Below, one piece after another: positions 16,644 to 20,000 of a stretch of 20,000 nt of DNA. Source of the stretch: an uncultured Methanosarcinales archaeon. Its GTDB lineage: Archaea > Nanobdellota > Nanobdellia > Woesearchaeales > CAZOXR01. The notes below the pieces were generated by a model that was given only the letters and a program-made list of their open reading frames with translations, did not search any database and was not told the DNA's origin. The translations under genes and the position numbers were made by a program. The stretch lies in assembly GCA_964566535.1 (NCBI GenBank), contig CAZMIO010000002.1, forward strand, positions 116,905 to 136,904. The letters are read 5' to 3'. Every line of letters starts with the position of its first letter. Positions within the stretch are counted from its first letter, which is position 1.

Positions 16644-17871
16644 AATAAATAGGTAGAAATGGCCCATGGTGTTTATCTGGAACTATTGTTAAAGTGATAA
16701 TGGCATTCCTCATTAAGACTTTACCATTCTCTAGCATCCTATACCTTCGAACTATTTCAAAACTCAAAAAACCTTCTCTAGTAATATTCACCCCAATAAT
16801 ATTTGTACTCCTTTCAAGTCTTCGTTGGGTAACATTCTGAAATTTTACTTTCCCTTTGGATTGTACTGCAACTCCACCAAATCTATCGTATTTCTCTATA
16901 AATGCATCTACAATTTGTACTACGTTCCTAATTGGCTCAAATTGTTGAGTGCCTTTTGAAACTTCCCTATCCCATTCTTCACTTACATCAATATTATTAG
17001 TAATACTAGAATAAACAATAATACGATATTCATTAGATAATCTTCCCCTTATTAGTCTCTTTAAACACAACGCAGCCTTATCAGGCGGAGCACCCATAAA
17101 TTCCCTCCATAGACCCTCATCAAAAAACCCATTAGCTTCAAGCCAATGTTTTATACTATCATTATAAGCATTAGCCAAAGCCTTATCATATCTACCCATC
17201 TCATTTCTGGCTCCACCCCTACTAACTAAACCACCCATTGTAACTCCTACGCCTTCAGAATACGCTCGATTTGACATGACTATACGTACAATATTATCAA
17301 TACTTCTCTGAATATGGGCAATTTTTGCAAAATTCGTAACATAAGGTATTTTTGCCCCTTCAATAACTAATGTTGCCATAGCATTTATACTAGAAAGAAG
17401 AAAAATCAAAGAAACAAACCTAAAACAAAAATGCCCCTGGCGGAATACCATTAATGAGGTAATACGTTCTAAACTACTTCTAAATATCATCCCCACTTCT
17501 TGCCTAATTGCAAGTTTGATAAACTTTCTAAAGTTAAAACGTAACAGTTTCTTAATTAGCCCCCTAAAAACCATTTTCTCAAACTTAGAAATCTCGCTTA
17601 AATTACCTTCCCTTAACATTTCAAAATATAGTGATCCATATATTTCAGAGTATAGCTCCCTATAAACTTCTTGCATTGGAACATATTTCCCAGGTAAATT
17701 CCTCTTAATCACAGCAGATCTATCAAGAACAGGTTTTAATCTTTCAAATAACTTAATTTTAATTAATGGTTCATCTGAATTAAGCTGTGAAGAATAAGTT
17801 TGAAAATATTTTTGCAATGCCGTTTCCAACATTCGATTATATCTTTTATACACTTCCCTTTTATCAACCAT
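16624..17871 (-). CDS. Hypothetical protein with a central hydrophobic segment
   Basis: 415 aa ORF with ATG start and an upstream TATA-like sequence. Hydrophobic run FCFRFVSLIFLLSSINAMATLVI. No family recognised. Confidence 0.65.
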   Translation of the reverse strand: MVDKREVYKRYNRMLETALQKYFQTYSSQLNSDEPLIKIKLFERLKPVLDRSAVIKRNLPGKYVPMQEVYRELYSEIYGSLYFEMLREGNLSEISKFEKMVFRGLIKKLLRFNFRKFIKLAIRQEVGMIFRSSLERITSLMVFRQGHFCFRFVSLIFLLSSINAMATLVIEGAKIPYVTNFAKIAHIQRSIDNIVRIVMSNRAYSEGVGVTMGGLVSRGGARNEMGRYDKALANAYNDSIKHWLEANGFFDEGLWREFMGAPPDKAALCLKRLIRGRLSNEYRIIVYSSITNNIDVSEEWDREVSKGTQQFEPIRNVVQIVDAFIEKYDRFGGVAVQSKGKVKFQNVTQRRLERSTNIIGVNITREGFLSFEIVRRYRMLENGKVLMRNAIITLTIVPDKHHGPFLPIYFNPKRG

Positions 17872-17925
17872 AAAATAAAAATTATAAAAATTAGTATATA
17901 AACTTTATTATCCCATTATCAACTA

Positions 17926-19152
17926 TCAGTTAAAATAATCCTTATTACCTTTCAAAGCTTCTAAAGCATCTAACGTACCTGTCGTATAAAGTGCAATAGC
18001 AGCTCCTCCTCCAGTTGAAATAACACTATTAGCTAATCCTTCAGAAGCAGTAATCGAATCCCCACCACCCACAATAACATAAGCATTTTTACTAACTGTT
18101 TTCTTAAAATCTTCAGTCCCCTTAGCAAAAGGATGTGCCCCATTAACTTCAGCATCACTTATCCCAATATTACCAAACCAGATTACTACTTGCGCCTTTT
18201 CAATCTCTGCCTTAATATCATCATCAATAACAATATCCGTTATCATATATCCATTAGGAACCCCATCATCAACAGAGATTTCCCTATAATCAGAAAAATC
18301 CCCTTTCTTTGCAATAACAACTCTCTTTGCAAGCAATAAATTCCCTACCTCTCCAGACAATTCCTTTCCTTTTCCAGTATAGTCTTTGCCCTTCTCTTCT
18401 ATTAGCGAATCACCAACAGCAATTCCTTTTCCAGCAATTATGATATTATAAACAGCGCCACCAACCAAAACAGAATCAACAGCCTTATAGAGATTACCAA
18501 CCGCTTTTACTTTCTCATTTAACTTTTTTCCACCAATAACTAAAAGCCTATGCCCTTCCTTTTTCCTAGCCTCTTCCCACAGCCTAAGTTCCTTATCCAT
18601 AAGTAACCCTGCTGCAACTTCCTTACCCTGGGCAATCATCTCAAGAGGAACACCAACTGGTGAAGCCTGAACCCTATGCGCAACACCAAACCCATCAAAG
18701 ACAAAAATATCTCCATAACTAGCAAGAGTCTTAGCAAACTCACAATCATTATCAAGCTCTTCTTTATACAACCTTAAATTTTCAAGTAATAAAACCCCTC
18801 CATCCTTCAACTCATTTACCATTGTTCTCACTTCATCTCCTACACTATCAGGAGCCATCTTAACATCCATCCCCAATAATCCAGAAAGATGTTTTGCAAC
18901 AGGTGCAAGTGAATTATCCTTCTTTACATCTTCAACACTTTTCCCCCCACTCAGTTCGTCCTGTGGTCTTCCTAAATGCGCGAGAAGTATTAATCTAGCA
19001 TTTTTCTCAAGAAGATATTTTAAAGTGGGTAGTGATTCTTTAATCCTAGTATCATCGCCTACCTCTCCTTTGTTTAATTTAACATTAAATTCCACCCTTA
19101 CTAAAACCCTTTTACCAGAAACATCTAAATCTTTAATAGTTTTATATTCCAT
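17926..19152 (-). CDS. pgk: Phosphoglycerate kinase (divergent)
   Basis: GKRVLVRVEFNV, DDTRI, LAHLGRP, LLENLR, DGFGVAHR, AGLLMDKEL, GGGDS, ISTGGGA. GGTGG SD upstream. Confidence 0.95.
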   Translation of the reverse strand: MEYKTIKDLDVSGKRVLVRVEFNVKLNKGEVGDDTRIKESLPTLKYLLEKNARLILLAHLGRPQDELSGGKSVEDVKKDNSLAPVAKHLSGLLGMDVKMAPDSVGDEVRTMVNELKDGGVLLLENLRLYKEELDNDCEFAKTLASYGDIFVFDGFGVAHRVQASPVGVPLEMIAQGKEVAAGLLMDKELRLWEEARKKEGHRLLVIGGKKLNEKVKAVGNLYKAVDSVLVGGAVYNIIIAGKGIAVGDSLIEEKGKDYTGKGKELSGEVGNLLLAKRVVIAKKGDFSDYREISVDDGVPNGYMITDIVIDDDIKAEIEKAQVVIWFGNIGISDAEVNGAHPFAKGTEDFKKTVSKNAYVIVGGGDSITASEGLANSVISTGGGAAIALYTTGTLDALEALKGNKDYFN

Positions 19153-19196
19153 CTAAACCACCTACAATACCTAATATTAACACCAATATATAAATT

Positions 19197-20000
19197 TTAT
19201 TTACTTTTCTTTAATTTACTCCTAGCCTTCCTCAACAACTCAATAAACCATGAGCTCTTCAGGTCAATTGCCTTATAGGGACACATTTCATGACAGCAGT
19301 AACAATGTATACATTCTTTCTTCTTAACAAAAACAACCTTATCCTCTCCATCACCTTTAACCTCAATAGTCTTCACAGGACATACCCTAACACAAATCAT
19401 ACATTTCTTGCACTTATCAACATCAATAAATGGGTAAACCATTGCATTCCTAAAAACAAGATCATGGAAAAACTTAGGAACTTTAGTTGCAGCTCTTGTT
19501 GGCTTCACATAATCAATCTTAACAAACTCCCCCACAATCTCAACATCATCAAAACTACTAAATATTCCCCTCTCAACAGCATACTTAGTTGTAGCTACTT
19601 CCTCAGGCTTAAAACCAATTATCTGTTCCGCAACAATATCAAGAGCAATAGCATTCTTAGAAGCAAGTAGCAACCCGGTCTTCTTAGGGGTCCCTCCAGA
19701 GCCAGGACCTTCCCCCTCTAATCCAAGAATGCCGTCCATGATAGTCAGTCCAGGTTTAATATGCTGATAAATATCCAACAACAAATTACCAAATTTATCT
19801 TCATCTTTAGCTATCAAGTGACATTGCTGCTTCAGCCCACCAGGTAATGTCCCTAACAAATTTTTTACCCCGCCAGTGTACCTCATTAATTCATGTGTCT
19901 TTAATTTAGGCATATTAATTACCAAATCAGCCTCAAAAATAGGCATCGCAATATTAATCTCTTTCAAAACCTTCGCATCAGTATCATTAATCTTTTTAAT
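19197..20000 (-). CDS. DUF362 domain protein with C-terminal 2x[4Fe-4S] ferredoxin domain, 5' end outside window
   Basis: Frame is open to base 20000. DUF362 motifs INMPKLKTH, TGGVKNLLG, DGILGLEGEGP. Fe-S motifs CKKCMICVRVCP and CIHCYCCHEMCP. Confidence 0.9.
   Translation of the reverse strand: MKKINDTDAKVLKEINIAMPIFEADLVINMPKLKTHELMRYTGGVKNLLGTLPGGLKQQCHLIAKDEDKFGNLLLDIYQHIKPGLTIMDGILGLEGEGPGSGGTPKKTGLLLASKNAIALDIVAEQIIGFKPEEVATTKYAVERGIFSSFDDVEIVGEFVKIDYVKPTRAATKVPKFFHDLVFRNAMVYPFIDVDKCKKCMICVRVCPVKTIEVKGDGEDKVVFVKKKECIHCYCCHEMCPYKAIDLKSSWFIELLRKARSKLKKSK

Noticed and set aside
72..19670. Numerous 60-140 aa antisense ORFs inside SMC, DHH, PINA, PGK and other genes
   Set aside because: Shadow ORFs rich in Ser/Phe/Leu/Ile, as expected opposite K/E-rich genes.

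Overview
AT-rich, gene-dense archaeal chromosome segment. TATA-box promoters, BHB-type tRNA introns, Rpp21, a PIN-ATPase-KH protein and an A1-U72 initiator tRNA establish archaeal origin. A DPANN/Woesearchaeota-like source is only my inference. Coding content: DHH/DHHA1 phosphoesterase (5'-truncated), repeat-containing putative lipoprotein, GT2 glycosyltransferase, SMC, RNase HII with an extra C-terminal domain, small HPF-like protein, free-standing LAGLIDADG endonuclease, double-FHA protein, secreted transglutaminase-like protein, PINA-type ATPase, Rpp21, a coiled-coil protein, an orphan, PGK and a DUF362/ferredoxin protein (5'-truncated). The most unusual region is 8185-9405. There a LAGLIDADG ORF sits between two divergent tRNA genes (iMet-CAT and Ser-GCT), each carrying two BHB introns, one canonical and one non-canonical. 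The ORF reads through the 5' exon of tRNA-Ser and stops inside its first intron, and a tRNA-3'-half mimic follows the tRNA. Separately, a ~150 bp strongly self-complementary element occurs twice (7643-7793, 12999-13150), each time between a TATA-like box and a housekeeping gene.
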